DNA of 64,000 nt from an uncultured bacterium. GTDB taxonomy: Bacteria > Patescibacteriota > JABMPQ01 > CAVVCK01. Positions within the stretch are counted from its first letter, which is position 1, and each line of letters begins with the position of its first letter. Below are positions 19,374 through 30,575 of this stretch, piece after piece. The position numbers and the translations under genes were made by a program. The notes below the pieces were generated by a model that saw only the letters and a program-made list of their open reading frames with translations, was not told the DNA's origin and ran no database searches. Location of the stretch: NCBI GenBank assembly GCA_963746775.1, contig CAVVCK010000001.1, forward strand, positions 83,050-147,049, written 5' to 3'.

Positions 19374-20279
19374 TTAAAAATACCCTTCCTTCTTCTTGTC
19401 TTCCATAGCACTATCCGAACCTAGATCTATCGCCCTAGTTACTCTTTCTGAATATTTAGTTTTCAATAATTCATAAATTATATCATCAACATTGCGAGCA
19501 TCAGAAGGTACAACGCCAGTTGAAGGTGAACAGCCCAGTGTTCGATAACGGCATGTCATTCTTTTGACTTTCTCTCCCGATTTAGCTTTTACAAATTCAT
19601 CAAGTCTCAGATAAATACCGTTTCTTTTTATAACTTCCCATTTCTTAGCAAAATATAAAGGTACTACTTCTATTTTTTCTAATTTTATATAGAACCAAAT
19701 ATCTATTTCTCGCCAATTAGACAAAGGAAAAACTCTCATAGATTCACCCTCATCCAATTTGCAATTATAGGTATGCCATAATTCTGGCCGTTGATTTTTT
19801 GGATCCCAAGCATTTTCTCTATTACGATGAGAGAATATTCTCTCTTTAGCCCGAGCCTTTTCCTCTTCACGACGAGATCCGCCCACAGCAGCATCAAATT
19901 TGTATTTTTTCAAGGCCTCCACTAAGGGTTTTGTTTTTTTATAATAGATGTATCTATCTGTATGAGCTTCTTCTGGTTTCATTTCGCGAGCAATTTTTTC
20001 TTTATTTTGATGAACAATTAATTTAGCACCTATCTTCTTGGTGTAATAATCACGAAATTCTATCATTTCCTTGAATTTATAGCCAGTATTAACATGCAAT
20101 AAGGGAAAAGGTATCTTACCAGGATAAAAAGCTTTTTCAGCTAATCTTAACAATACTGAAGAATCCTTGCCAATCGAATAAAGCATTACAGGATTTTTAA
20201 ACTCTGCTGCCATCTCCCGAATAATATGGATACTTTCCGACTCTAGCTGTTCTAAATAATTTAGATTATAGTTTTTCAT
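19374..20279 (-). CDS. cysD: Sulfate adenylyltransferase subunit 2 (PAPS-reductase-like ATP pyrophosphatase fold)
   Basis: 301 aa. MLYSIGKDSSVLLRLAEKAF (PP-loop SxGxDS) and overall CysD collinearity. Directly upstream of cysN. Confidence 0.85.
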   Translation of the reverse strand: MKNYNLNYLEQLESESIHIIREMAAEFKNPVMLYSIGKDSSVLLRLAEKAFYPGKIPFPLLHVNTGYKFKEMIEFRDYYTKKIGAKLIVHQNKEKIAREMKPEEAHTDRYIYYKKTKPLVEALKKYKFDAAVGGSRREEEKARAKERIFSHRNRENAWDPKNQRPELWHTYNCKLDEGESMRVFPLSNWREIDIWFYIKLEKIEVVPLYFAKKWEVIKRNGIYLRLDEFVKAKSGEKVKRMTCRYRTLGCSPSTGVVPSDARNVDDIIYELLKTKYSERVTRAIDLGSDSAMEDKKKEGYF

Positions 20280-20330
20280 TATTTATGAATTAAATCAGAA
20301 ATTTTAATCTTTCAAGTAAGTATAAACAAT

Positions 20331-20897
20331 TCAATTCAATAAATCCATCTTAAAATATCTCCAAAACCACAAAACAAACATAAATCCAAAAATGACAAAC
20401 AAAGCTTCGTCCATAAATGAATTGCTTTTAATGGCTATAGCTCTCGGCAACAATCTAAAATTCTTTTTCCAGGGATAAAATATCTCTACTCCCGCTTTAG
20501 TCAGCATATCCGATATTAGATGACTTAGAAAACCCAGAGAAAAATATATAAAAAATATTGGCTCCCCAAAATAATTGCTGACTAAATAAGCAATAAATGA
20601 AAATCCAGCTAATCCTAATAAAGAATGCAGAGCACCTCGATGCCCAAAAGTTTTATTAAAAATAAAACCTAGAACTTCAAAAGGTTTAATCAAAGATAGT
20701 AAGCCTTTCTTTTTAAATAATTTCAAATTTTTAATTTTAGATTCTGAGGCATCGAGGTCAGGAAATAAAGCCCCAAAAGCAGCGATAATTATTCCAAAAG
20801 GATTAAAAGGAAGACTGAGGATAGTAAATCCGAAAATAGTAAAGGTTAATCCAAAGGTTATGTGAGTGCGCCAGGTCATATATTTTTCCCATGACAC
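20331..20897 (-). CDS. Membrane-bound metal-dependent hydrolase-like protein (YdjM/DUF457-like)
   Basis: 188 aa. N-terminal [11 protein letters not shown] ... FGALFPDLD resembles YdjM-family integral membrane hydrolases. Confidence 0.45.
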   Translation of the reverse strand: MSWEKYMTWRTHITFGLTFTIFGFTILSLPFNPFGIIIAAFGALFPDLDASESKIKNLKLFKKKGLLSLIKPFEVLGFIFNKTFGHRGALHSLLGLAGFSFIAYLVSNYFGEPIFFIYFSLGFLSHLISDMLTKAGVEIFYPWKKNFRLLPRAIAIKSNSFMDEALFVIFGFMFVLWFWRYFKMDLLN

Positions 20898-23668
20898 TTC
20901 TTATACTTCTTCCCCGACCCGCAAGGGCAAGGATCATTTCTACCTACTTTATCACTTTTTATCGGCTTGGCCTTACTTTCTTCGCCGCCCTTTTTTGATC
21001 CAGAAAAATTCATATTTTTATTTTCCATAGGTGATTTTCGCTTAACCATTACACCTACTTTATAGATAGAGTAAACTACTTGTTTTCTAATTCCTTCTAA
21101 TAATTGTTGAAAATATTGAAAAGCTTCTCTTTTATATTCTACCAAGGGATCTCTTTGTCCATAGCCGCGAAGCCCTATGCCTTCCCGCAAATGATCCAAT
21201 ACTTCCAAATGATCAATCCATAGAGTATCAATGCTGCGCAATAAAACTGCTCGCTCAATTTGTCTCAAAATTGGCGGCGTTACTTCTTTTTCTTTTTCCT
21301 CGTATTTTTGTTTAGCTAAATCAACTAAATATTCTATAACCTTAGTTCTAGTACCAGCTCCATTCTGCAAATCTTCGGTATTGCTTTTTATTTCTTCTAA
21401 CTTGATGCGCAAATCATCCGCTACTGGAAATATAGTTTTAATAGTTTCAAATACTTCTTCAGTATTAAATTTATGCTCCTTATCTTCAGCGGCATGATGA
21501 GAAACAACACTTTCAATTTCTTCCTCAATTAATTCTAATAAATTTTGTTTTAAAGTTTTATTTATCTTCAATGTTTCTTCACCTTTCAGTGTTTCAGTAT
21601 TTATCTTCTGTGTTGTCTGTGTATTTTCTGTGTTTTCAGTGATCCTTTGTCTACTATTATCCTCTAACTTACGTTTTTCTACTTCCCAGGCTTCTAAAAT
21701 CTGCTTACGTCTTTTATAAATTACCTCTCTGTGTTTATTCATCACATCATCGTATTGCAAAACATGCTTTCTCATATCAAAATGGTTAGTCTCCACTTTG
21801 CTCTGAGCTGACTCTAATTGATGAGTTATAATTCTATTTTCAATCGGTTGATCTTCTGGAAATTTAAAAGTATCCATAAGCGCTTTCGCTCGATCAGATC
21901 CAAAAAGCCGCATTAAATCATCTTCCATAGATACAAAAAATTGTGAAGATCCCGGATCACCCTGCCTGCCAGCACGACCGCGAAGTTGATTATCAATACG
22001 ACGCGCTTCATGGCGCTCAGTACCAATCACACAAAGACCACCTAAATTTTTAATTTGTTCTGCCTGTTTTGAATCTGGCGGATTACCTCCTAATATAATA
22101 TCGACACCTCTCCCTGCCATATTCGTAGCGCAAGTTACTGCACCCAAAGATCCTGCTTGCGCTAATATTTCCGCTTCCTTTTCATGATTCTTGGCATTTA
22201 GCAATTTATGTTCAATTCCTTCACGTGATAATAGTTCGCTTAATCTTTCATTTTTTTCAATTGAAACCGTACCTATTAATACTGGCTGACCTTTTTCGTG
22301 TCTCTCTTTTACTTCGCGAGCAATAGCTTTGAATTTTCCTAATTCTGATTTAAAAACCTTATCATTCTTATCCTCACGAATCATTGGTTTGTTCGTCGGT
22401 ATTTTTACTACATCTAATCCATAAACATTTTGAAACTCATCACTGGAAGTTGCTGCTGTTCCTGTCATACCAGCTAATTTTTTATACATTCTAAAATAGT
22501 TTTGAAAAGTAATAGTAGCCATAGTTCTGCTTTCTCGCTTTACCTCCACTCCTTCCTTAGCTTCTATCGCCTGATGTAAGCCTTCTGAATATCTTCTGCC
22601 TGGCATCAACCTTCCCGTAAATTCATCAACTATGATCACCTCACCCTCTTTGACTACATAATCACGATCACGTAAAAATAAAGTATGCGCTTTTAGAGCT
22701 TGTTCAATATGATGCACTGTTTGAATTCCACCTTCTTCGTATATATTCTTAACATTTAAAATATTCTCAATTTTAGTAATACCTTCCTCGGTTAATGTCG
22801 CTGCTTTCATTTTCTCATCCACATTGTAATCAATATTTTCTTTGAGACGAGGAATTAAGCTAGCAAATTGTCTATATTTATCAGTTGATTCTTCTGCCGG
22901 TGCTGAAATAATTAATGGCGTCCTAGCTTCATCTATTAAAATACTATCTACTTCATCTATTATGGCAAAACTCAAATCTCTTTGCACCATTTGTTCAAGA
23001 TTGCCCACCATATTATCTTTTAAATAATCAAACCCGAACTCATTATTTGTTCCATAGGTAATATCGGCTTGATAGGCTTCCTTGCGAGTAACTGGCCTTA
23101 GGAAATCATCAAAAACTTTAAAATTTCCTAGCTTATCTCTCTCCTCATCAGTTTGTTCAGCTGACTTAAATTCTGGATCATACAAAAAAGCTGTATCATG
23201 TTGAATAGTTCCTACACTTAATCCTAAAGCATGATATATTTGCCCCATCCAAGCAGCGTCACGTCTGGATAGATAATCGTTAACTGTTACTAAATGACAA
23301 CCCTTGCCAGAAAGTGCGTTTAAATATAGAGGTAATGTAGCCACCAGAGTTTTACCCTCACCGGTTCTCATTTCCGAAATTCTACCTTGATGCAAAACTA
23401 TACCACCTAATATTTGCACATCGTAATGGCGCATCTTTGTAGTTCTTTTGGATACTTCTCGTACACAGGCATATGCTTCTGGCATAATATCATCTAACTT
23501 TTCACCCTTTTCTAATCTTTCCCTAAATTCTCGTGTTTTATCCTTTAATTTTTCATCATTAAGCTTAGAAATTTCCGATTCAAAAGAATTCACCTTATCA
23601 ACCAAAGGGTATAATTGCTTTAATTCCTTTTCATTAGGATCACCGAATATTTTGTTAAATAAAGACAT
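20876..23668 (-). CDS. secA: Preprotein translocase ATPase SecA, with a C-terminal zinc-binding tail
   Basis: 930 aa. [39 protein letters not shown]-like motor and preprotein cross-linking domain. C-terminal [14 protein letters not shown]. Confidence 0.95.
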   Translation of the reverse strand: MSLFNKIFGDPNEKELKQLYPLVDKVNSFESEISKLNDEKLKDKTREFRERLEKGEKLDDIMPEAYACVREVSKRTTKMRHYDVQILGGIVLHQGRISEMRTGEGKTLVATLPLYLNALSGKGCHLVTVNDYLSRRDAAWMGQIYHALGLSVGTIQHDTAFLYDPEFKSAEQTDEERDKLGNFKVFDDFLRPVTRKEAYQADITYGTNNEFGFDYLKDNMVGNLEQMVQRDLSFAIIDEVDSILIDEARTPLIISAPAEESTDKYRQFASLIPRLKENIDYNVDEKMKAATLTEEGITKIENILNVKNIYEEGGIQTVHHIEQALKAHTLFLRDRDYVVKEGEVIIVDEFTGRLMPGRRYSEGLHQAIEAKEGVEVKRESRTMATITFQNYFRMYKKLAGMTGTAATSSDEFQNVYGLDVVKIPTNKPMIREDKNDKVFKSELGKFKAIAREVKERHEKGQPVLIGTVSIEKNERLSELLSREGIEHKLLNAKNHEKEAEILAQAGSLGAVTCATNMAGRGVDIILGGNPPDSKQAEQIKNLGGLCVIGTERHEARRIDNQLRGRAGRQGDPGSSQFFVSMEDDLMRLFGSDRAKALMDTFKFPEDQPIENRIITHQLESAQSKVETNHFDMRKHVLQYDDVMNKHREVIYKRRKQILEAWEVEKRKLEDNSRQRITENTENTQTTQKINTETLKGEETLKINKTLKQNLLELIEEEIESVVSHHAAEDKEHKFNTEEVFETIKTIFPVADDLRIKLEEIKSNTEDLQNGAGTRTKVIEYLVDLAKQKYEEKEKEVTPPILRQIERAVLLRSIDTLWIDHLEVLDHLREGIGLRGYGQRDPLVEYKREAFQYFQQLLEGIRKQVVYSIYKVGVMVKRKSPMENKNMNFSGSKKGGEESKAKPIKSDKVGRNDPCPCGSGKKYKKCHGKNI

Positions 23669-23770
23669 ATGTTATTTTAAATATTAAAACTATACCACCT
23701 ATTATACGTGATTTTTGTCTTTTTCTATTCTAGTACAATAAATATTAAATTAAAAGGGGTTAAAATAATT

Positions 23771-23794
23771 GTCGTAGGGAACATCCCCTACGAC
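23771..23794 (-). terminator. GC-rich hairpin (gtcgtaggg-aacatc-ccctacgac) just downstream of the Pif1-like helicase stop
   Basis: 9-bp stem and 6-nt loop, 10 bp after the gene end. Followed on the minus strand by aattatttt. Confidence 0.55.
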
Positions 23795-23803
23795 ACAATT
23801 TTG

Positions 23804-25072
23804 TTATATTTCTCTTTTCTTCTTCTTACCCTCCAACCGTTTCGATAAAATTCTAAATTCCCTATCTTTTTCAGCTACCTGCGGATTTACTTGTAAAGAT
23901 AATTGATTAATTCCTATTAAACGAATACCGTCCAAAGTTTTTACTCTGGATAGTGCTACATAGCCCATGCCACACTCAAACGATTTAGATAAATCAATTT
24001 CAGCTACCTCTAGACCCATACCCTGACTTTTGTGAACTGTAATTGCCCAAGCTAATCGCAGAGGTATTTGTTTAATACTAGCAATAACCTCGTCATCTTC
24101 TCCAATACTCCAGTTGCTAGGTTCAGCAATAATTTCTGCTCCATTCTTAGTTTTTACAACTGGATAATCATGTTCTTCATCGAAACCAATAACCTTGCCT
24201 AAAGTACCATTAACATAGCCATCTGCAAAGTTATTTTTTATAAACATTACTACCGCCCCAATTTTTAATTTTAAATCTTCTGGCGACAAACAACTTTTTT
24301 TCAAAACTTTAACTAAATCCGGAGATCCATGCTCAATCATATGATAAACTTTTTCTTCTTCATCAATGCAAGATAGTTCATAATCATTAATAGCCTCGAC
24401 ATCAACATTGTGAGTGTAGAGCTTAGTTGGCTTAATAGAACAATCTACTGGTTTATATAATCGTGTCTTAAGTAACTCAAGCTCTGCCTGTCCTGCTTTA
24501 TTTTTTCTAATTTTATTCAAAATACCTGTAAATTTTATATCATTTTGCCTAAACTGTTTTTCTAAATAACAAATCTTTATCTCTGAATGTTGCCAAGCAA
24601 AAGAATCATAAGCAAATTGCGCCACTTTCTCCCTATCAATTGGTGGAAGCTGAAAAAAATCTCCGCACATCACTATTTGCATTCCTCCAAAAGCTCGAAA
24701 AGGATCCTTAGCTGCCTTACAAATTTTATTTATTAAATTAAGCCGATCGGCATCTATCATCGATATCTCATCAATAATCAAAACGCTTGTCTCTTTTATT
24801 CTTTCTCTTAACTCATAATTTTTAATTAACTTCCTCACTGCCTTATCATCCATATAATTTTCAATACCCATCCCTACCCAAGAATGAATTGTCCGACCGC
24901 CAAGGTGAGTAGCCGCAATTCCGGTAGAAGCAGTCACGCCAACTTTTATTTCTTTTTTTTCTAAATATTTTATAAATTTATTCAACAAAAAAGTCTTACC
25001 AGTTCCAGCTGAACCAGTTAAAAAAACATTATGACCTGATTTGAGAATTTTTAGGGCTTGCGCCTGAGTCAT
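23804..25072 (-). CDS. Pif1/RecD-family superfamily-1 DNA helicase
   Basis: 422 aa. Walker A LTGSAGTGKTFLL, ATHLGGRTIHSWVGMG, LIIDEISMID, QIVMCGDFFQLPP are Pif1-family motifs. Confidence 0.8.
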   Translation of the reverse strand: MTQAQALKILKSGHNVFLTGSAGTGKTFLLNKFIKYLEKKEIKVGVTASTGIAATHLGGRTIHSWVGMGIENYMDDKAVRKLIKNYELRERIKETSVLIIDEISMIDADRLNLINKICKAAKDPFRAFGGMQIVMCGDFFQLPPIDREKVAQFAYDSFAWQHSEIKICYLEKQFRQNDIKFTGILNKIRKNKAGQAELELLKTRLYKPVDCSIKPTKLYTHNVDVEAINDYELSCIDEEEKVYHMIEHGSPDLVKVLKKSCLSPEDLKLKIGAVVMFIKNNFADGYVNGTLGKVIGFDEEHDYPVVKTKNGAEIIAEPSNWSIGEDDEVIASIKQIPLRLAWAITVHKSQGMGLEVAEIDLSKSFECGMGYVALSRVKTLDGIRLIGINQLSLQVNPQVAEKDREFRILSKRLEGKKKKREI

Positions 25073-25153
25073 GAAGTCAAATTATAATAAGGCCAATTGT
25101 TTGTCTCTCGTAAAATTTACAAACATTAGTTTTCCTAATTTTTCTTGTAATTA

Positions 25154-26227
25154 TTAATTTCTCCCCTCATTCGCTTTATACATCATCAAATAAGTCCCAT
25201 TGGATAATTCTACTACCGAAGGATCAGCTGTTATTACCCCTATCTTGGATTGAAAATGACCGTCAGTTTTGGTAAAATTAACACCATCTTTTGAAGTAGC
25301 TATATCAATACCGGCCGTATATAAATAATAAGTTCCATCTTTATAAAAAACATCAGGCACTGCTCCACCGGAAAAGGCTACGCCTTCATAAGTAAAATTC
25401 AAACCATCACTAGATGTTGCTAAAACAGTTGAGCTATTTTCAACGCTGCCAGTATATAATTTCCAAGCATCACCAACTTTAATAACGTCAGGATCAAGCG
25501 TCCCTGGATTAGAAAATCTTACTCCCTCTTCTTCTATAAAATTCATACCATCTTCTGATACCGCTGAATATATCTTGAAATTTGCTTTGGGATTTTTATC
25601 TCCATTAATATCAAAATAATATAGCCTTATCCGGCCATCCTCTAATAAATATGGAGATGGATCAACAGCTACTTTTGTTCCTAAGCCTTTTATATAAACA
25701 GTCACTGGACTGCTCCATGATTGGCCATCGTCGCTGGACATAATTATATCTAACTTTTCCGGATAGCATTCTTGGCTGACATCAACATAATAAACATAGA
25801 TAGTATCATCTTTTATAATTGCTCCTGGCACTGAAGCATGTTCAGCTAATACTTGTTCAGAGTCTGTCCAATTTATTAAATCAGAACTCAGAGCATAGGA
25901 AATTTTATCACGATAAGGTCCTTCTTTCATAGCAGACCAGCTGTATTGTTGACAGTTTTTTTGCTGTTCTCTTATTCTTTCACCTTCTTCCCTATCCGCT
26001 TCAATATCAATAAAAGCAGGTTCTTCTGTAACCTCAGCAGAATCAGTGTTATCTGTTACGGGCTCATCAGAAGTAGTTTCATCTCCAGAATCAGTATTTT
26101 TTTGTTCTTGTTCTTGAACCTGATTTTCTACAGGTTGGTTAGAATCGGATTCTTTTTTTTGGCAGCCTCCGCCTATAAGCACAAAGGCTAAGATGAAAAT
26201 TGCCAGGAGAGTGATCTTTTTTTTCAT
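25154..26227 (-). CDS. BNR/Asp-box-repeat (sialidase-like beta-propeller) lipoprotein
   Basis: 357 aa. Signal peptide with lipobox LIGGGC. An acidic/Gln-rich linker. SSDDGQSW and SEDGMNF Asp-box-like motifs. Confidence 0.5.
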   Translation of the reverse strand: MKKKITLLAIFILAFVLIGGGCQKKESDSNQPVENQVQEQEQKNTDSGDETTSDEPVTDNTDSAEVTEEPAFIDIEADREEGERIREQQKNCQQYSWSAMKEGPYRDKISYALSSDLINWTDSEQVLAEHASVPGAIIKDDTIYVYYVDVSQECYPEKLDIIMSSDDGQSWSSPVTVYIKGLGTKVAVDPSPYLLEDGRIRLYYFDINGDKNPKANFKIYSAVSEDGMNFIEEEGVRFSNPGTLDPDVIKVGDAWKLYTGSVENSSTVLATSSDGLNFTYEGVAFSGGAVPDVFYKDGTYYLYTAGIDIATSKDGVNFTKTDGHFQSKIGVITADPSVVELSNGTYLMMYKANEGRN

Positions 26228-26300
26228 AATTTTATTTTTTAAATTATTATTATCTTTCCATTTTCTCTATTCTCACAAAATTATGCCTTTCGGTCAAATA

Positions 26301-26328
26301 AAAATATCTCTTTTTATAGAGATATTTT
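26301..26328 (-). terminator. Hairpin aaatatctct-ttttat-agagatattt followed by T-rich sequence; hpf terminator
   Basis: 10-bp stem 14 bp downstream of the hpf stop. Confidence 0.5.
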
Positions 26329-26341
26329 GATGTTTAATTTA

Positions 26342-26707
26342 TTATTTCTGTAATTCTCTAACTCCCTTCACACTTTTCCTGTTCTTATATTTCCCCTTAT
26401 ATTTTTCAATCTGCTTTTTCAACCTTGGCATAATCATGTCTATAGCTTGTTCTAAACTTTCACCTTTCTTATGAGCCATTAATTTCCCCTTAGGCAAATC
26501 CACCATTACCTCACACCAAAATTTTGGTCCAGAGTTCATACTTTTATCTTCCTGTAACTCTATTTTAACTTCTCCAACGTTATCTAAATATTTTTCTATT
26601 TTACCTATTTTTTCCCGAGCATAATCTTTTATTTTATCATTTAAATCTACTGATTTAGTATAGAACGATATTTTCATATATTTTATGTTAATTATTAAGC
26701 TTTTCAA
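26342..26707 (-). CDS. hpf: Ribosome hibernation-promoting factor (HPF/RaiA, short form)
   Basis: MKISFYTKSVDLNDKIKDYAREKIGKIEKYL ... matches sigma-54 modulation protein/HPF. The real start is probably the internal Met at 26677 (MKISF). Confidence 0.8.
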   Translation of the reverse strand: MKSLIINIKYMKISFYTKSVDLNDKIKDYAREKIGKIEKYLDNVGEVKIELQEDKSMNSGPKFWCEVMVDLPKGKLMAHKKGESLEQAIDMIMPRLKKQIEKYKGKYKNRKSVKGVRELQK

Positions 26708-26752
26708 TTAAATTTTAGCAAAAATCAAAGGATTTATCAAAAGAAAAGAGCT

Positions 26753-26833
26753 CTAACGAAAGCTTATCTGTAAATGATTACTGACTAAAGAAAATTAATA
26801 CTTTTATTACTAACTTTCTTAAGCTTTCGTTAG
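26753..26833. repeat. 14-bp perfect inverted repeat (CTAACGAAAGCTTA ... TAAGCTTTCGTTAG) separated by 53 nt, between the murG-murC stop and the hpf start
   Basis: Arms at 26753-26766 and 26820-26833. Could be a long-loop terminator or a 5'-UTR structure for hpf. Confidence 0.3.
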
Positions 26834-26854
26834 TACTTTTTAATACGTAGAATA

Positions 26855-29449
26855 CTATTTTTTTAATTCCCTCATCAAATCATCCCCAATCCTAGTCACA
26901 TCCCCAGCTCCCAAAGTTATAACCAAATCATTTTCTTTTACATTCTCAACTAGCCAATCCAAAGTATTATCTAATTTACCTGTATATATTGCTTTCTCAC
27001 CAATTTTTTCACATATTAATTTTGAATTTTTACTCTTCATTTTGACTTCTGAATTTTGACTTTCAACTTCTCTTCCCGCCACATGATAAACATCACCCAC
27101 TAAAACTAGGTTTGCACTCCCAAAACTACCTACAAAATCATCAAATAATGCCCTAAATCTATCCTCGTGATGAGGCTGAAAGACAGCAATAATGCGTTTC
27201 TTAGGATATTTTAAACGCGCTCCAGCCAAGGTTGCTTTAATCTCCGTAGGATGATGAGCATAGTCATCTATAATAGTAATACCATTTTGTTCACCTTTTA
27301 ATTCGAACCGACGCCAAGCTCCATTGTAGTTCTCTACTACTCCTTTTATTTTCTCTAAGGGCAATTTCAATACTTTTCCTAAAATAATAACAGCCAAAGT
27401 ATTATAAATATTATGTACTCCAATCAAATTCAACTTTATAGTACTAATTTCTTGTTCTCTAAACTTTAAACTGTATAACAATTTTGTTCCTTCTTGCTTT
27501 ATATTAAATACATTGAAATCAGCCTTATCTTTAATACCATATGTTATAACTCTACAAGGTGAATATTTTGCTAATTCCATGACATTCTGATCATCAAAAT
27601 TAGCTATTAATAGCCCATCTTTAGGTAATCTTTGTATGAATTGCCTAAATTTATTCTTTACGTCCTCTAAATCTTTATAGAAATCAGGATGTTCAAACTC
27701 TATATTATTTAAAATTAAAATATTAGGACTATAGTTTAAGAAAGCCGCCTTATATTCATCAGCTTCCAAGACAAAATACTTTGATTTACCTAATCTAGCA
27801 TTACCCTTAAATTCTTTCAGCCTAGATCCTATAACACAAGTAGGATCAAGATCACCCTTTTCCATTAAAATAGAAATTAGCGCTGTTATAGTCGTTTTCC
27901 CATGAGTTCCAGCAATGCATATAGTAAACTTATCTCGCGTTAAAGCCCCTAAAAGTTCCGGATAAGACATAGTAGGAATATTAAACTTACGAGCTTTAAC
28001 TAATTCTACATTATCACTTGTAGCTGCATTACTATACACAACCAAATCAAAGTCTTTTGATATATTCTCCTCCCTATGCTCACCGATATTAACTTTTACG
28101 CCCCTATTTTCCAAATCTCGAGTTACATCCGAGGCAGATAAATCAGAACCAGATACTTCCTTGCCCTGTTCCAATAATATATAGGCCACAGCTGATACTC
28201 CAATCCCACCTATTCCAATAAAATATACTTTTTTTATTTTTCCCAAATCCATATTAACTAACCTGCTATCCAAAGTATAATCATTAACAATATCTTTAAT
28301 ATTTTCTCCTTCTTTCTTTAAATCCAGCAATTCTTTAATTATTTTTTGGCTGGCATTCTTATTTACTTTCTGTCCGAATTGATGAATTTTTTGTCTCAAT
28401 CCTTCCAATCTTATACTATCATTCATTAAAGTATCTATTTTCTTAATTAACATCTCTGAATTTAAGTTGCTTTCTTTTATAAGTTCTATCGCTCCCTCTT
28501 TGGCTATTCTCTCAGCATTCTTTTCTTGATGATTAGCCGCAGCATATGGATAAGGAATAATAATAGAAGGCTTAGACAATAGTGCTAATTCAAATAAAGT
28601 ATTAAGTCCACCACGAGATATTACTAAATCACTACAAGCAAAGATATCGGCTAATTTGCTACCATACACACTTGGATATAATTTATAATTTTCATCATAT
28701 CCTTCTTTTAATTTAGTAATAGTAAGCAAACTTCCGCAAGCTCTATAATTATTATCCCCGCATAAATGCACAATTTGATATTTGTCTAAAAGATGAGGCA
28801 GAGATTTAATAATAACTTCATTGATTCTAATTGCCCCTTGCGATCCTCCTAATATTAGAATGGTAGGTTTATTAGATTTAAAACCTAATTCTCTCAAACC
28901 TTCTTCCCTATTTCCTCCTAAAATATCCTCTCTAATAGGATTACCAGTTATAATAACTTTGTTTTTATATTTATTTTTTATTTGATTTTTAGTTTCTTCA
29001 AATGTAAGAGCTATTTTTGAAACAAAAGGTAATAATATTTTATTAGCTAAACCCAATGATATGTTTGATTCATGAATTAAGCTTGGTATTTTAAAAAAAT
29101 AAGCAGCTAAAACAGGAGGTACACCAACATATCCTCCTTTGCTAAACAAAATATCAGGTTTAAATTTTCTAATTATTAAAATAGATTGGAAAAAACCGGT
29201 AATTATTTTAAAAAAATCTATAACATTTTGAAAAGACCAATACCTGCGAAACTTGCCCGTTGATATTTCTGCATATTTTATATTATTTTTACAGGCAATC
29301 TCTTTCTCTATCCCATTACTAGAACCAACCCATAAAAATTCTATCTTTCTTTTTTCTTCATTTTTAAAATAACTCCTAATTTTCGATGTAAGAGCTATGA
29401 TAGGAGTTGCATGTCCGCCTGTTCCACCGCCAGTAAGTAATATTTTCAT
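26855..29449 (-). CDS. murG-murC: Fused MurG (UDP-GlcNAc:lipid I GlcNAc transferase) and MurC (UDP-N-acetylmuramate--L-alanine ligase) bifunctional protein
   Basis: 864 aa. N-terminal KILLTGGGTGGHATPIIAL ... GGSQGA (MurG). From about aa 400, VYFIGIGGIGVSAVAYIL ... IAGTHGKTTITALI ... DDYAHHP (Mur ligase). Confidence 0.85.
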   Translation of the reverse strand: MKILLTGGGTGGHATPIIALTSKIRSYFKNEEKRKIEFLWVGSSNGIEKEIACKNNIKYAEISTGKFRRYWSFQNVIDFFKIITGFFQSILIIRKFKPDILFSKGGYVGVPPVLAAYFFKIPSLIHESNISLGLANKILLPFVSKIALTFEETKNQIKNKYKNKVIITGNPIREDILGGNREEGLRELGFKSNKPTILILGGSQGAIRINEVIIKSLPHLLDKYQIVHLCGDNNYRACGSLLTITKLKEGYDENYKLYPSVYGSKLADIFACSDLVISRGGLNTLFELALLSKPSIIIPYPYAAANHQEKNAERIAKEGAIELIKESNLNSEMLIKKIDTLMNDSIRLEGLRQKIHQFGQKVNKNASQKIIKELLDLKKEGENIKDIVNDYTLDSRLVNMDLGKIKKVYFIGIGGIGVSAVAYILLEQGKEVSGSDLSASDVTRDLENRGVKVNIGEHREENISKDFDLVVYSNAATSDNVELVKARKFNIPTMSYPELLGALTRDKFTICIAGTHGKTTITALISILMEKGDLDPTCVIGSRLKEFKGNARLGKSKYFVLEADEYKAAFLNYSPNILILNNIEFEHPDFYKDLEDVKNKFRQFIQRLPKDGLLIANFDDQNVMELAKYSPCRVITYGIKDKADFNVFNIKQEGTKLLYSLKFREQEISTIKLNLIGVHNIYNTLAVIILGKVLKLPLEKIKGVVENYNGAWRRFELKGEQNGITIIDDYAHHPTEIKATLAGARLKYPKKRIIAVFQPHHEDRFRALFDDFVGSFGSANLVLVGDVYHVAGREVESQNSEVKMKSKNSKLICEKIGEKAIYTGKLDNTLDWLVENVKENDLVITLGAGDVTRIGDDLMRELKK

Positions 29450-29450
29450 A

Positions 29451-30575
29451 TTATTTTTCAGTCACATGTTTAGAAATATTGACTAAAATACCCATCGAAG
29501 CCAAAGAAAATAGTAAAGCTGATCCACCATAACTTATAAAAGGAAGAGGGATGCCAGTCAGGGGCATTATCCCAGAAATTGCTGCCATATTCAAAAATGC
29601 TTGAAAACATATCCAGCTAGTAATTCCTGTCGCAATTAATTTTCCATAAAAATCTGGAGCCTTTTTAGCTACATTATATCCTTTAATAGTTAAAATCATA
29701 AATAAAGCAATCAACAATAGTATCCTAATAAAACCTAGTTCTTCAGCAATAACAGCAAAAATAGAATCGCCTGAGGCTTCTGGCAAATAATTATATTTTT
29801 GAATACTCTTACCCAATCCCCGCCCGAATAACCCTCCTGAACCTATGGCCAAGAGTGCCTGATTAATTTGATAACCGATACCCTGAGGATCTATTTCTGG
29901 ATTTAAAAATACGGTTAAACGTGCCATTCTATAAGGTGCCAATTTAATAAGCATTAAAAATGAAGCCACACCGCCTGCTCCGAGCAGTGCTAAATGAGAA
30001 AATTTCGCACCCGCCACGAAATAAATAGAAATAGCTGTTACAATAATAACACTCATAGTACCAATATCAGGCTGCAATATTATTAGTAAACTGATTACAC
30101 CCAAAATAGATACAAAAGGAATAAAACCAAATTTCCAATCTTTTATACCTTTTTGTTTTTTATCAAGCCAGGTAGCTAAATATAGTAAAAAAGTAAGCTT
30201 AGCTAATTCTGTCGGTTGAAAAGTAAAAGAACCTATATTAATCCAACGCCTAGCTCCACCATGCTCTAGTCCCAGCCCCGGTATAAAAACAACAACTAAT
30301 AAAACAATAGTTAAAACTAACATTACCGCTGCCAGCTTCTTCCAATAATGATAATTTATTTGGGAAGTAATAAAAAAAGCTATCATTCCAAATAATGCCC
30401 CATTAATTAACTGATGTGTAAAAAAATAATAATTACTGCCAAATCTGTCATAAGATTGTACTGCACTCGCTGAAGACATAACCACTAATCCTATAATAAC
30501 TAAGGCTAAAATAGTGATGACTAAAGTGTAGTCTGGTTTTTTATTCATTTTTCTAAAACGTGAAATTCTAGTCAT
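29451..30575 (-). CDS. ftsW: SEDS-family peptidoglycan glycosyltransferase FtsW/RodA
   Basis: 374 aa, polytopic. QPSELAKL and LPEASGDSIFAVIAEELG SEDS motifs. dcw context. Confidence 0.8.
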   Translation of the reverse strand: MTRISRFRKMNKKPDYTLVITILALVIIGLVVMSSASAVQSYDRFGSNYYFFTHQLINGALFGMIAFFITSQINYHYWKKLAAVMLVLTIVLLVVVFIPGLGLEHGGARRWINIGSFTFQPTELAKLTFLLYLATWLDKKQKGIKDWKFGFIPFVSILGVISLLIILQPDIGTMSVIIVTAISIYFVAGAKFSHLALLGAGGVASFLMLIKLAPYRMARLTVFLNPEIDPQGIGYQINQALLAIGSGGLFGRGLGKSIQKYNYLPEASGDSIFAVIAEELGFIRILLLIALFMILTIKGYNVAKKAPDFYGKLIATGITSWICFQAFLNMAAISGIMPLTGIPLPFISYGGSALLFSLASMGILVNISKHVTEK

